Assembly: GCA_965231135.1 (NCBI GenBank)
Contig: OZ246419.1
Location: forward strand, 8,411-72,410
Reading direction: 5' to 3'
Source: an uncultured Gammaproteobacteria bacterium
Lineage (GTDB): Bacteria > Patescibacteriota > Microgenomatia > UBA8517
Length of the DNA stretch: 64,000 nucleotides
The position numbers and the translations under genes were made by a program. Under the pieces are notes generated by a model. The model saw nothing but the letters and a program-made list of their open reading frames with translations. It was not told where the DNA came from and did no database searches. Positions within the stretch are counted from its first letter, which is position 1; every line of letters begins with the position of its first letter. Shown in pieces: positions 48,697-57,574 of this stretch.

Positions 48697-49531
48697 TTTC
48701 TTTTATCCTTTCTTTAATTTCATCACGCGTTTTTTCTAATTCCTTTAATGCCAATTTTGCCTCTTCTTTATTTGGAGCTTTGCCATGCCATACATATTTA
48801 TTTTCCATAAAGCTAACTCCTTTACCTGGAATAGTATTTGCAATAATTACTGTTGGTCTATCATAAATATCTTTTGCCTTTTTAATAGCAGTCGCAATTT
48901 CTTTGAAATTAGACCCATCAATTTCTTCAACATTCCAATGAAAAGATTTATATTTATCAACTAAAAAATTAATGGGCATTATCTCTTCTGTGTTACCACT
49001 TAATTGAATTTTATTTCTATCAATAATTGCAGTTAAATTTCCTAATTTGTATTTGACTGCAAATAAAACTGCCTCCCAAGTATTTCCTTCATCCTGCTCC
49101 CCGTCAGACATGACACAATAAACTCTAAATCTTTTATTATCTAATTTCGCACCAAGAGCAATCCCAGCAGCTTGGCCCAAACCAGAACCTAATGGGCCAG
49201 AAGTTGTTTCTAAACCTGGCAATTTACCGCGTTCCGGATGACCTTGCAATCTAGAATTTAATTTGCGAAGTGTTTTTAATTCTTTAACGTCAAAATAACC
49301 ACTTTCTGCCATGGCTGCATAACGCACAGGTACGATATGGCCATTGCTTAAAATTAATCTGTCGCGTTCTTCCCAATCAGGATTACTTGGATCGTGATTT
49401 AAAATACTAAAATAAAGACTTGCAAAAATATCTGCCATTCCAAGAGCGCCGCCGGGATGACCAGAACCGGCGCGCTCAAGCATAGTGATAATATCAATTC
49501 TTATTTGGTTGGCAGCTAATTCTAAATCCAT
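48689..49531 (-). CDS. transketolase, N-terminal (TPP-binding) subunit
   Basis: GHPGG, the TPP-binding GDG...N region and an overlap with the C-terminal subunit gene mark it as the N-terminal subunit. Confidence 0.9.
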   Translation of the reverse strand: MDLELAANQIRIDIITMLERAGSGHPGGALGMADIFASLYFSILNHDPSNPDWEERDRLILSNGHIVPVRYAAMAESGYFDVKELKTLRKLNSRLQGHPERGKLPGLETTSGPLGSGLGQAAGIALGAKLDNKRFRVYCVMSDGEQDEGNTWEAVLFAVKYKLGNLTAIIDRNKIQLSGNTEEIMPINFLVDKYKSFHWNVEEIDGSNFKEIATAIKKAKDIYDRPTVIIANTIPGKGVSFMENKYVWHGKAPNKEEAKLALKELEKTRDEIKERIKEND

Positions 49532-49544
49532 GGCAGTAGATCTT

Positions 49545-50147
49545 TTATAGCTCGAAAGCTTTTTCGTTGCTATTTGCGTTTTCTTTATCTTTAATTAACC
49601 TTTCAAAAGTTAGAATTTCTTCATATGCCTTTTCCGGAGTTTCTACAATTTTATAAACTTTTAAATCTTCAGGACGAATTCTCATATTATTAATAAATGA
49701 ATCAATGATTGCTTTCCAGAATTTTCCATACAAAATTAAAGGTTTGTGATGACCATAATAAAGTTTTGCTAATCCCCAAGCCATTCCAAATTCTGAAATT
49801 GTTCCTGTTCCCCCTGCGAAAATAACATACAAATCTCCTAATTCAAGAAGTTTAAGTGTTCGCTCAAGATAATTTTTAGTGACAACTTCCTGATCAATTG
49901 GATTATTCGGGTCGCGTCCTTCAAAATTTGTAATATCTTTTGGATAAAAAGTAACTCCAATTGTTGTCCCGCCGCCAGCTTTAGCGCCTTCAGAAACAGC
50001 ACGCATAGTTCCCGGACCGCCGCCGTTTATTGTGACAAATCCTTTTTGCGCTAAAAATTTTGCACATTCGTAAGCTTCTTTGTACAACGGGTCGGACGGC
50101 GCTGTGTCTGCAAAACCAAAATAAGAGATGTGTTTAATTTTGACCAT
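49545..50147 (-). CDS. LOG family protein (TIGR00730; cytokinin riboside 5'-monophosphate phosphoribohydrolase-like)
   Basis: Carries GGGPGTMRAV and GGTGTISEF. Confidence 0.8.
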   Translation of the reverse strand: MVKIKHISYFGFADTAPSDPLYKEAYECAKFLAQKGFVTINGGGPGTMRAVSEGAKAGGGTTIGVTFYPKDITNFEGRDPNNPIDQEVVTKNYLERTLKLLELGDLYVIFAGGTGTISEFGMAWGLAKLYYGHHKPLILYGKFWKAIIDSFINNMRIRPEDLKVYKIVETPEKAYEEILTFERLIKDKENANSNEKAFEL

Positions 50148-50772
50148 TGAATAATTTTAGATTATCTACAAGACTTGGTTCAAATATTCTTTTTCCGACT
50201 GCAACTTCATCAACTCCCAAACTTTCCATTTCGTGAACTAATTCAACTGTTACTCCGCCATCAACCAATAATTTAAAATTTAAATTTAGTTTGTGTCGTA
50301 ATTCATTAGCTGCTTTTATTTTGTCAAAAACTGAAAGATCAAATTCCTGACCGCCAAAACCAGCTTTAACACTCATTAAAAGCAAGACATCTAATTTGGG
50401 TAAAACATTTTGACTCACTTTTTCAATTGGTGTATCCAAATCAATTGCGAGACCAGCTTCTGTGGTCGTTGCCTTTACTTTATCGACAAATTCCATTTGA
50501 TTTTGCATAAATTCAATTTGGCCAATCATTCTATTGGCGCTATTTGGCACACAATGCTCTACCCATTCAACTGGATCTTTGACCATTAAATGAAAATCCA
50601 AATTTAAAACAGTTGTTATATTTTTTAAAACTGCTGGATCAACTGTGGAATTGTTGGCAAATTTATTATCAATAACATCAATTTGAATTCGATCAACAAT
50701 GCCTTCAGCTTTATTTTCAAGGGACGTTAATTCGCTAATGTCATCAGTTAAAATGGCAGGAATGATCTTCAT
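50134..50772 (-). CDS. rpe: ribulose-phosphate 3-epimerase
   Basis: Shows IQIDVIDNKF, LDFHLMVKDP, LLLMSVKAGFGGQEF and LLVDGGV. Confidence 0.75.
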   Translation of the reverse strand: MKIIPAILTDDISELTSLENKAEGIVDRIQIDVIDNKFANNSTVDPAVLKNITTVLNLDFHLMVKDPVEWVEHCVPNSANRMIGQIEFMQNQMEFVDKVKATTTEAGLAIDLDTPIEKVSQNVLPKLDVLLLMSVKAGFGGQEFDLSVFDKIKAANELRHKLNLNFKLLVDGGVTVELVHEMESLGVDEVAVGKRIFEPSLVDNLKLFNGQN

Positions 50773-50795
50773 AAATTCATTTTAGCACGAAGAGA

Positions 50796-51902
50796 TTATT
50801 TTTGAGGAGTGAAACTTAGAGTTATTGGATCAGTTGGAGCCGTGTTACTATTTAAACTTCTGCTAACACGGACTACTTGCTCAACGAGGCGATTTGTATA
50901 ACCCCATTCGTTATCATACCAGGCAAAAACTTTAACTAAATTGCCGCCAATAACCTGCGTTAATCCTAAATCAACAATTGCTGATTCGCTTCTGCCAATA
51001 ATATCTGATGAAACTAAAGGCTCGTTACTTACTGCAAGAATGCCCTTGTATAACGCATTTTCCGAAGCGTCGATAAATGCCTGATTAACTTCTTCTATAG
51101 AAGTAACTTTTTTGGTAATAATTGCAAAATCTGTAATGGATCCTGTGACAACTGGGACTCTTAAAGCACGGCCGTCAAATAAACCTTTTAGATCGGGAAT
51201 GGTTTCAGTTGTTGAAATTGCTGCTCCTGTAGTTGTGGGCACAATATTAACTGCAGCAGCGCGCGCGCGGCGCAAATCTGAATGAGATCCATCTTCCAAA
51301 ACTTGGTCATCTGTATATGCGTGGGCTGTTGTCATTGCAGCTTTTTCAATTCCAAATTTTGCATGCATTACTGCTGCAACTGGAGCAATACAATTTGTAG
51401 TACAGCTGGCATTTGAAACAACTTGTGATTTACCGTCATATTCATTAACCCCAATTACATAAGTGTTAACATTACTCCCCTTCGGAGGGGCTGAAATAAT
51501 TACGCGCTTTGCGCCACCTTTGGCGTGCTTTGCGGCGCCTTCTGCATCTGTAAAATGGCCAGTAGATTCAATTACAACGTCAACTCCGTATTTGCTCCAA
51601 GGAAGTTTTTCGGGATCTTTTTGAGCAAGAACTGGAATTTTTACACCATCAACAATTAGATTTCCAATTTGGGGATTTTCATCTGTTGCTTCTTTTGGAT
51701 CTTTTAATTCCTCAGATTTAATTTCTTTTGCAAATTTCCTATATGTTGTGTCGTAATTTACAAGATGTGCCCAACTTGCTGTCGGCATGCTGCCTGAAGT
51801 ATTAATTGCTGCAAATTCGATTTCGCCAGTGTGCTTTAATAAACCAATTCTAAAAGCTAAACGCCCAATTCTACCAAAACCATTTATGCCAACTTTGACC
51901 AT
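50796..51902 (-). CDS. gapA: glyceraldehyde-3-phosphate dehydrogenase (type I)
   Basis: Has the N-terminal NGFGRIGR motif and the catalytic ASCTTNCIAP. Confidence 0.95.
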   Translation of the reverse strand: MVKVGINGFGRIGRLAFRIGLLKHTGEIEFAAINTSGSMPTASWAHLVNYDTTYRKFAKEIKSEELKDPKEATDENPQIGNLIVDGVKIPVLAQKDPEKLPWSKYGVDVVIESTGHFTDAEGAAKHAKGGAKRVIISAPPKGSNVNTYVIGVNEYDGKSQVVSNASCTTNCIAPVAAVMHAKFGIEKAAMTTAHAYTDDQVLEDGSHSDLRRARAAAVNIVPTTTGAAISTTETIPDLKGLFDGRALRVPVVTGSITDFAIITKKVTSIEEVNQAFIDASENALYKGILAVSNEPLVSSDIIGRSESAIVDLGLTQVIGGNLVKVFAWYDNEWGYTNRLVEQVVRVSRSLNSNTAPTDPITLSFTPQK

Positions 51903-51940
51903 TTGTATTCACTATACTATAATTTTTTTAATAAAAAAAT

Positions 51941-52459
51941 ATGTCAGAACAAAGAGCTAATGAAATGCTAAGACAAGAAGACGAGAGATTTATAACGGAA
52001 CTTATAAAAAATGGTGCAATTACTGAGGCTGGTGGAGATTGTTTAAAGTTTATCATTAGTTTTAGGAGAAGTTTAACACAAGCGAATTCCAATTCACTAT
52101 TTGCAGATGGTAAAGAATATAAAGAGTTAGTTCAAAAATCTGGTTTTAGAGATGAAGATATTAACAGTATAAAGTCTAGCGCAGACGCTTTCTTTGCAGA
52201 AGCTAGAAGTTCACAACTTTCTATATTAGAAATGGATTTTAAATTTATGATTGGAATGTCGGCCATATTCATGTCTCGTATGCAAAGAGAAGAATTGGAG
52301 AGGTTAGATATAAATGAGGTTTCTCTAGAGAGACTAAAAGATTTAAATGCTAAAAATTTTACCGAGCTTATGAAAATAATAGACCTAGCACAGGCAAGAG
52401 TTCCTATTTTTCCAGAACAAGTTATAGAGAGAATGAAACTTTCAGATAGCAACTCCTGA
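51941..52459 (+). CDS. hypothetical protein
   Basis: The only plus-strand gene inside a long minus-strand glycolytic block. Confidence 0.4.
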   Translation: MSEQRANEMLRQEDERFITELIKNGAITEAGGDCLKFIISFRRSLTQANSNSLFADGKEYKELVQKSGFRDEDINSIKSSADAFFAEARSSQLSILEMDFKFMIGMSAIFMSRMQREELERLDINEVSLERLKDLNAKNFTELMKIIDLAQARVPIFPEQVIERMKLSDSNS

Positions 52460-53002
52460 AATCTCAATATGAGAAATTTCAAATTTAAAATTTTCGCCTT
52501 TGATATTTTTTGGCAGCTTAACTGATTCTTCAATTAAAATTTTATTTACAACTCCACTATCTTCTGCGATTTTACTGGCGACATTTACCGGTCCGCCGGC
52601 AATTTCCCATCCTTCTTTTTGAAGATCAAATAATAAAACATTGCCACGACATAAACCAATACTAATATTAAAATTGTCACTTAAATTATCCTGCAAATCT
52701 TTGGCAAAATTAATTGCTACTTCATTTTTATCTGTAACAAAAATCCCTAAACTTCCGTTTGATTTAATTTTTTGGACTTCATGAAATTCTAATAATTTTT
52801 CAATTAATGAATTTGCAAGCAACCAATCGCTTAATTCATCTAATAAAAATTTTCTTTTTGGGTGAAGGATTTTGACTAAAATAACTGTTTTTGTAAAAGA
52901 ATATTTTTTATAGACTGCATCATAAACTTTTTTATCTGATAAATTTTTAGTCAAATCGTCGTAAAAGTCTTTGTTAAATGGTATTGGATATATGTTTGTC
53001 AT
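52442..53002 (-). CDS. class III nucleotidyl cyclase homology domain protein, C2-like subunit (lacks metal-binding Asp; retains Lys/Asn/Lys)
   Basis: Shows KIKSNGSLGIFV (aligned to KxxGDxxM) and ISIGLCRGNVLL...GGPVNVASKIAEDSGVVNKILIEESV, aligned to RIGIHxG...GDTVNxASRLE...IxVSe.t. The first-strand Asp is replaced by Lys (LVKIL). Confidence 0.6.
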   Translation of the reverse strand: MTNIYPIPFNKDFYDDLTKNLSDKKVYDAVYKKYSFTKTVILVKILHPKRKFLLDELSDWLLANSLIEKLLEFHEVQKIKSNGSLGIFVTDKNEVAINFAKDLQDNLSDNFNISIGLCRGNVLLFDLQKEGWEIAGGPVNVASKIAEDSGVVNKILIEESVKLPKNIKGENFKFEISHIEISGVAI

Positions 53003-53546
53003 TTAGTAATTTAGAAAAGGATTTAGTTAATTTTATTTCTCCTCCTTCAGTATGATTTTCCGCCAAATCTTCAACAAAATCTGCTTCATCACCAAATAAA
53101 CCTCCACCGATTTTAATAAATTTTCCGTAGTGAATCGCCATGCCGATGTGAAGTGAGAAATTTTCTAATTCTTTTTGGACTTGTTGCATTTTCTCATAAA
53201 TTAATTTAGGCGAAACAGATTTTGGATAAAACATTTCTGTATTGTCTGCTGCCCATATTCCAATTCCAACTCCTCCAATTTCGCTGCCGTATTTATAAAC
53301 TAAATCTTTAGGATGACTTACTATTTTCATAACTTCCAATAAATCTAATTCTTCACTTAATTTACTAAGGCCCGCGGAGTCTGATGCAACGACGGTTCCT
53401 TCAACTAAATAATTTTTTAAAATATCTTCGTGAAGTTTTTTTGTTTTATTACTTGTAATCCATTTCTGAATAATTTCTAAGGGAACAGCGCCTGCGATAT
53501 CTTCAGTAACGTCAGCTAATGATGGATTTATAAAACGCTTTGGCAT
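52974..53546 (-). CDS. class III nucleotidyl cyclase homology domain protein, C1-like subunit (retains first metal Asp; lacks Asn/Arg)
   Basis: VVASDSAGLSKL aligns to FxDIxGFT. LHIGMAIHYGKFIKIGGG aligns to RIGIHTG. GDEADFVEDLAE sits in place of GDTVNxASRxE. Confidence 0.55.
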   Translation of the reverse strand: MPKRFINPSLADVTEDIAGAVPLEIIQKWITSNKTKKLHEDILKNYLVEGTVVASDSAGLSKLSEELDLLEVMKIVSHPKDLVYKYGSEIGGVGIGIWAADNTEMFYPKSVSPKLIYEKMQQVQKELENFSLHIGMAIHYGKFIKIGGGLFGDEADFVEDLAENHTEGGEIKLTKSFSKLLNDKHISNTI

Positions 53547-53549
53547 AAG

Positions 53550-54503
53550 TTATTTTTCAAGAAGGGAAACAATTCCAGGGAGAGTGCCTTTGGCAAGAAA
53601 CTCTAGCATTGCTCCTCCGCCGACACTTATCCAATTAAATTTATCTTTTAGATTAAGTAAATTAATTGCAGTTTCTGTATCCCCCCCTCCTGCAATTTTA
53701 AATGAATTACTATTTGTAACATTAAAGAAAACTCGGGAAGTCCCCTGCCTGTGGCCTTCTTCTTCAAATTTTCCAATTGGGCCACTTACAACTATTGTTT
53801 TAGATTTTATTATTTCAGTTTCAAACTTTTCAATTGAATGAATAGTGATATCTTCTTTGTCTGGTAATAAGTCGGCAACAACAACTTTCTCATTATGTCG
53901 AAGAGGACTGTCATCGTGAATATAATCCGGCATTCTTCCTCCAATTAAAATTTTATCTGATAATTTTAAAAAACTTTCCATATATGAAAGCTTGTCGTCT
54001 TTTAATCCGCTAATGATAAAAATTAATGGTCTTTGCGGGTTTTCTAAAACTTTGGAAAGATTTTCTATTTCAGAAACAAACCTAAAGCCTGCTGCATGAG
54101 GAAGTAATTTCGGTAAACCGACAATTGATGCGTGTTCGCGGTGGCTTACGCCAAAAGCTTCATTAACATAAAAATCCTGACCTGCTGACAATTCTTTGGC
54201 AAAGCTTTCGTCATTTTTTTCTTCTCTTTCGTCAAAACGAAGATTTTCCAAAACTCTTGCTTCCCATTTTTTAAAATATTGTTCAAAAGGCTTTAGACTT
54301 AAGCTTTCATCAAGCCCTTGTGGGCGGCCGCGATGTCCAATAATTGTAATTAATGCATTTTGATTTTTTAGATAATCGAGAGTTTGAGAAAGCGAAGTTA
54401 AACGAATATTATTTATATCTTCCGGGGAAATATCCAAATCAGCGCGAACAATTACGCGTTTGCCTGTTAAATTAAAATCAGAAAGCTTGGGAAGAGAGAT
54501 CAT
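53550..54503 (-). CDS. pgk: phosphoglycerate kinase (compact, 317 aa)
   Basis: Has LTGKRVIVRADLDISPE, FYVNEAFGVSHREHAS and the C-terminal GGGAMLEFLAKGTLPG. Confidence 0.8.
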   Translation of the reverse strand: MISLPKLSDFNLTGKRVIVRADLDISPEDINNIRLTSLSQTLDYLKNQNALITIIGHRGRPQGLDESLSLKPFEQYFKKWEARVLENLRFDEREEKNDESFAKELSAGQDFYVNEAFGVSHREHASIVGLPKLLPHAAGFRFVSEIENLSKVLENPQRPLIFIISGLKDDKLSYMESFLKLSDKILIGGRMPDYIHDDSPLRHNEKVVVADLLPDKEDITIHSIEKFETEIIKSKTIVVSGPIGKFEEEGHRQGTSRVFFNVTNSNSFKIAGGGDTETAINLLNLKDKFNWISVGGGAMLEFLAKGTLPGIVSLLEK

Positions 54504-54973
54504 GATTTATTATCTTCTATATTCTTGATTTCTTCCAGCCTTCTTTCGTGACGAGGTAAATTATCAAATTTTGTTTCTAAAAAAACTTTAAGCATGTTTT
54601 GTGCCTCTTCGTCTGTCGTAAAGTCGCTTGCAAGAACTAAAATATTTATATTGTCGTCATTTTTCGCTGCCTTTACCTGATCTTGTGTTTTACCAATTCC
54701 AGCTCTAATTCCATGAAATTTGTTTGCAGTGATGTCTACCCCTACTCCACTGCCACAAAGAAGAATACCTAGACAATTTTTTTCTTCGCTTACTTTTTTG
54801 GCAACTGATGAAGCATAAGTTGTGTAATCATCATCCGGATTTAATTTATCCGGACCTAAATCTTCAAATTCGTAATTCCAACTTTCAAGCCATGTTGCTA
54901 TTTTATTTTTTAAAGCGAAACCTCTATGGTCTGATCCAAGATATATTTTCATTTTCCAATAATCATTAAACAT
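54500..54973 (-). CDS. rpiB: ribose-5-phosphate isomerase B
   Basis: N-terminal MKIYLGSDHRGFALK, the LCGSGVG region containing the catalytic Cys, and 157 aa. Confidence 0.85.
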   Translation of the reverse strand: MFNDYWKMKIYLGSDHRGFALKNKIATWLESWNYEFEDLGPDKLNPDDDYTTYASSVAKKVSEEKNCLGILLCGSGVGVDITANKFHGIRAGIGKTQDQVKAAKNDDNINILVLASDFTTDEEAQNMLKVFLETKFDNLPRHERRLEEIKNIEDNKS

Positions 54974-55079
54974 AAAATAGAACCAGGTATTAAAATTTCC
55001 AGGAAACCCAAAACTCGAACCGCAGTTCCACTACTAAACTCAATTCGACTCCAGTTGACACCTTTTATTGAATTTTCGT

Positions 55080-55739
55080 TCATTTGTAGCCTTCTACCAA
55101 TTGGAGTAATTCTTTTTTTGGGTCTTCGGCTTTTACAATGCTGCTTGCGATTGCAAAACCTGCAGCGCCTAATTGTAAACCAATTCTCATATCTTCTTCG
55201 CTTTTTACTCCTGCTCCAATTATTAGAGGAATGCCAGCATCTTTTGCCAGCGCGACGGCATCTTTTATAACTTCTGGCTTTGCCTGACTAACAGAAGTAT
55301 CAGTGCTTCCAACCAACTCAGGAGGCTCGTAAGAAATAAAATCTGGAGATATATCGAGGTTCCTTTTTAGTTCTTCCAGATCTGCCGCAAATACTAAAGT
55401 TTTTAAACCAACTTCTTTACAGACTTTAACAGTGTTTGTTAATACATTAAAATCTGAAATTTTATTTTCTGAATGATTTAAAAAAGTTCCATATGCACCC
55501 GCTTCGCGAACTTCTTTTGGCAGAATACTTCCTGTGTGAGCACCAAAATCAACTGGATCAACTTTTTGAGCCCAAATTTCTAAATTACTTTCAGAAACTA
55601 TTTCTTTCAAATCAAGAGCTTGAACAACTGGAATGATTTTTATCTGAGATTCTTTACTTACTTCTTCGATTATTTTTGTTAAAGAAAGAGCGTTGTCTCC
55701 TGAAGACTCTTCATATGTTTTGTAATTTACAAAAATCAT
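55080..55739 (-). CDS. tpiA: triosephosphate isomerase (short, archaeal-type)
   Basis: FVNYKTY..., the LNHSENK catalytic His region, and a Glu and GAGV phosphate loop; only 219 aa. Confidence 0.85.
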   Translation of the reverse strand: MIFVNYKTYEESSGDNALSLTKIIEEVSKESQIKIIPVVQALDLKEIVSESNLEIWAQKVDPVDFGAHTGSILPKEVREAGAYGTFLNHSENKISDFNVLTNTVKVCKEVGLKTLVFAADLEELKRNLDISPDFISYEPPELVGSTDTSVSQAKPEVIKDAVALAKDAGIPLIIGAGVKSEEDMRIGLQLGAAGFAIASSIVKAEDPKKELLQLVEGYK

Positions 55740-55745
55740 TTCTCT

Positions 55746-56468
55746 TTAGACTATTCTAGTTATTAGAAAAATAAATGCAACTCCAATAAGGGTCATAAGA
55801 ATGGTTAAATAAGAAGAATGCTCTCTATGAGCTTCTGGTAAGATATCAGAAGATCCAATATAAAGCAAAAACCCCGCAAAAAAACCTAAATATAAAACAA
55901 GAAAACTATCTGGAACTTTAAAAAATAATGTTGAAATTACACCAATAACTGGCGTAATCGCATCTAATAATAATAAATAAAGAGCCTGTTTGTCTTTATT
56001 TTTATTGACTAGAACTAAGGTTACAGTGTTTAGTCCATCTGAGAAATCATGAGCAATTACCGCAATTGCAACGAGTACTCCAATTGCAGGGCTTACTTGA
56101 AAACCCAAACCAATTCCAACTCCGTCCATAAAAGAATGACCTGATAAAGCAATGGCTGATGCAATACCCACTTGCGGATGGTGATGGGAACCGTATGCGT
56201 CTTCTTCTTCGTGATGAATAAGAATTGTTTTTTCGAATACATGGAAAAGCAGAAAACCAAAAACAAGAGCTATCATTGGATAAACTGATTCAACTTTGGT
56301 TTTTTCAACTAATTCAAAAATTTCTGGAAAAATATCAAAAGCAACAACTGCCACAAGCACTCCAGCCGTAAACCCCAAGATGAGATGTAGTTTATCTTTG
56401 TACTTTAGACCCACAAGCCCACCTATAAGGGTCGAGAAGAAAGTACAGATTGTAAAGAATATTGCCAT
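55746..56468 (-). CDS. ZIP family metal (zinc) transporter, ZupT-like
   Basis: About 8 TM helices with His-rich motifs (GSHHHPQ, HDFSDG, GHSFMDG). It is divergent from zur. Confidence 0.8.
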   Translation of the reverse strand: MAIFFTICTFFSTLIGGLVGLKYKDKLHLILGFTAGVLVAVVAFDIFPEIFELVEKTKVESVYPMIALVFGFLLFHVFEKTILIHHEEEDAYGSHHHPQVGIASAIALSGHSFMDGVGIGLGFQVSPAIGVLVAIAVIAHDFSDGLNTVTLVLVNKNKDKQALYLLLLDAITPVIGVISTLFFKVPDSFLVLYLGFFAGFLLYIGSSDILPEAHREHSSYLTILMTLIGVAFIFLITRIV

Positions 56469-56487
56469 TTTTTAATTTTAACACAAT

Positions 56488-56516
56488 TTGACTTATGCAA
56501 CTTGGTTGCATATAAT
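56488..56516 (+). promoter_or_regulatory. sigma70 promoter TTGACT-17-TATAAT for zur, with a perfect 8-3-8 palindromic operator TATGCAAC-TTG-GTTGCATA (56494-56512) covering the spacer and -10
   Basis: Read directly. The -10 ends 6 nt before the zur ATG at 56523, so the transcript is putatively leaderless. On the other strand the palindrome overlaps the likely -35 of the divergent ZIP gene. Confidence 0.5.
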
Positions 56517-56522
56517 ACATGA

Positions 56523-56870
56523 ATGATAAAAACGAAATTACAAAAATTACTTGCGAAATCTAAATCTCCTATTTCTGTTCCAGAGATCTTGGAAGAAATT
56601 GATGCAAATAAAACTACAATTTATCGAGAACTTACATCTTTTATAAAAGACGGGCTTATAACAGAAATTGAATTTGGAGATGGAAAAAAAAGATATGAAT
56701 GGAAAGATCACGGACATCATCATCATTTAATTTGTAAAACTTGCGGCAAGATTGAGGATGTCAAAGTTGACGAGAAGAAATTAATAAAAAGTATTACAAA
56801 TAAAAATTTTTTAATTGAGAGTCATAGTTTAGAGTTTTTTGGAAAATGCAAAAATTGTATAACGAAATAA
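56523..56870 (+). CDS. Fur-family transcriptional regulator (Zur-like)
   Basis: Has a wHTH N-terminus, an HHHH metal site and a C-terminal CxxC...CxxC (CKTCG...CKNC). Confidence 0.85.
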   Translation: MIKTKLQKLLAKSKSPISVPEILEEIDANKTTIYRELTSFIKDGLITEIEFGDGKKRYEWKDHGHHHHLICKTCGKIEDVKVDEKKLIKSITNKNFLIESHSLEFFGKCKNCITK

Positions 56871-57574
56871 CTAATTTAGATAACTACTTACCAAGCGAAA
56901 AAGTTAATAGACTTTTTAGTACCCTTGTTGAAAATACATTAAAAGAGGAAAAAAATAATTTAAACAAAAAGCAAATTGAAAATTTACAAAAAGTTTGCAG
57001 TAGCGCAGAATACGAACTAGAAAAATATTGGTCTCAAAAAAATATTTACAAATTCCCCTATTTTGAAAATTACTTAAAACTTACCAAACTGGAGTGGTTT
57101 AGTTTAAAAAGTTGTAGTGTTCACAAGAAACATAAAATACTTTTTGTTGGTGGAGGGCCATTACCAATGACCGCAATAATGCTTGCAAAGATCTACAGGC
57201 AAAAAGTTACAATATTGGAAAAAGAAAAAGAGGCAGTTGATCTTTCAAGCAGTTTAATAAAAGAACTTAAATTACAAAATAAAATTAAAGTTATCCAGGT
57301 GGATGCATTAGATTTTGAGGGTTATAAAAATTTTAATGCTATTTTTGTGGCAGCACTGGCTGGTATTAATTCAAATATAAAAGATAAAATTTTGGAAAAA
57401 ATTAAAAAACAAACTTTGAAAAATACTCACATACTTGCAAGATCTTCGTGGGGGGCAAGACGGATTTTGTATAAACCTTTATCTAAACATTCTTTCAAGA
57501 TATTTAAGCCAGTAATGGAGGTAAAACCTATGAACGACATTGTTAATTCTTTTGTTATTTTTCAAAACATATGA
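56846..57574 (+). CDS. nicotianamine synthase-like protein (CntL/NAS-type SAM aminobutyryl transferase)
   Basis: Carries YLPSEKVNRLFSTLVENTL and KILFVGGGPLPMTAIMLA, which match the hallmark NAS motifs (PS..VNRLF..LV; aFvGSGPLPlTsivLA). It overlaps zur by 25 nt. Confidence 0.65.
   Translation: MQKLYNEITNLDNYLPSEKVNRLFSTLVENTLKEEKNNLNKKQIENLQKVCSSAEYELEKYWSQKNIYKFPYFENYLKLTKLEWFSLKSCSVHKKHKILFVGGGPLPMTAIMLAKIYRQKVTILEKEKEAVDLSSSLIKELKLQNKIKVIQVDALDFEGYKNFNAIFVAALAGINSNIKDKILEKIKKQTLKNTHILARSSWGARRILYKPLSKHSFKIFKPVMEVKPMNDIVNSFVIFQNI

Noticed and set aside
54974-55079. Intergenic region between tpi and rpiB with a TTCGAGT-like and GGAGTCGAAT-like sequence, checked as tRNA or tmRNA fragment
   Set aside because: It does not fold into a cloverleaf in either orientation and is too short for tmRNA. 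It is likely just an intercistronic spacer with a weak hairpin.
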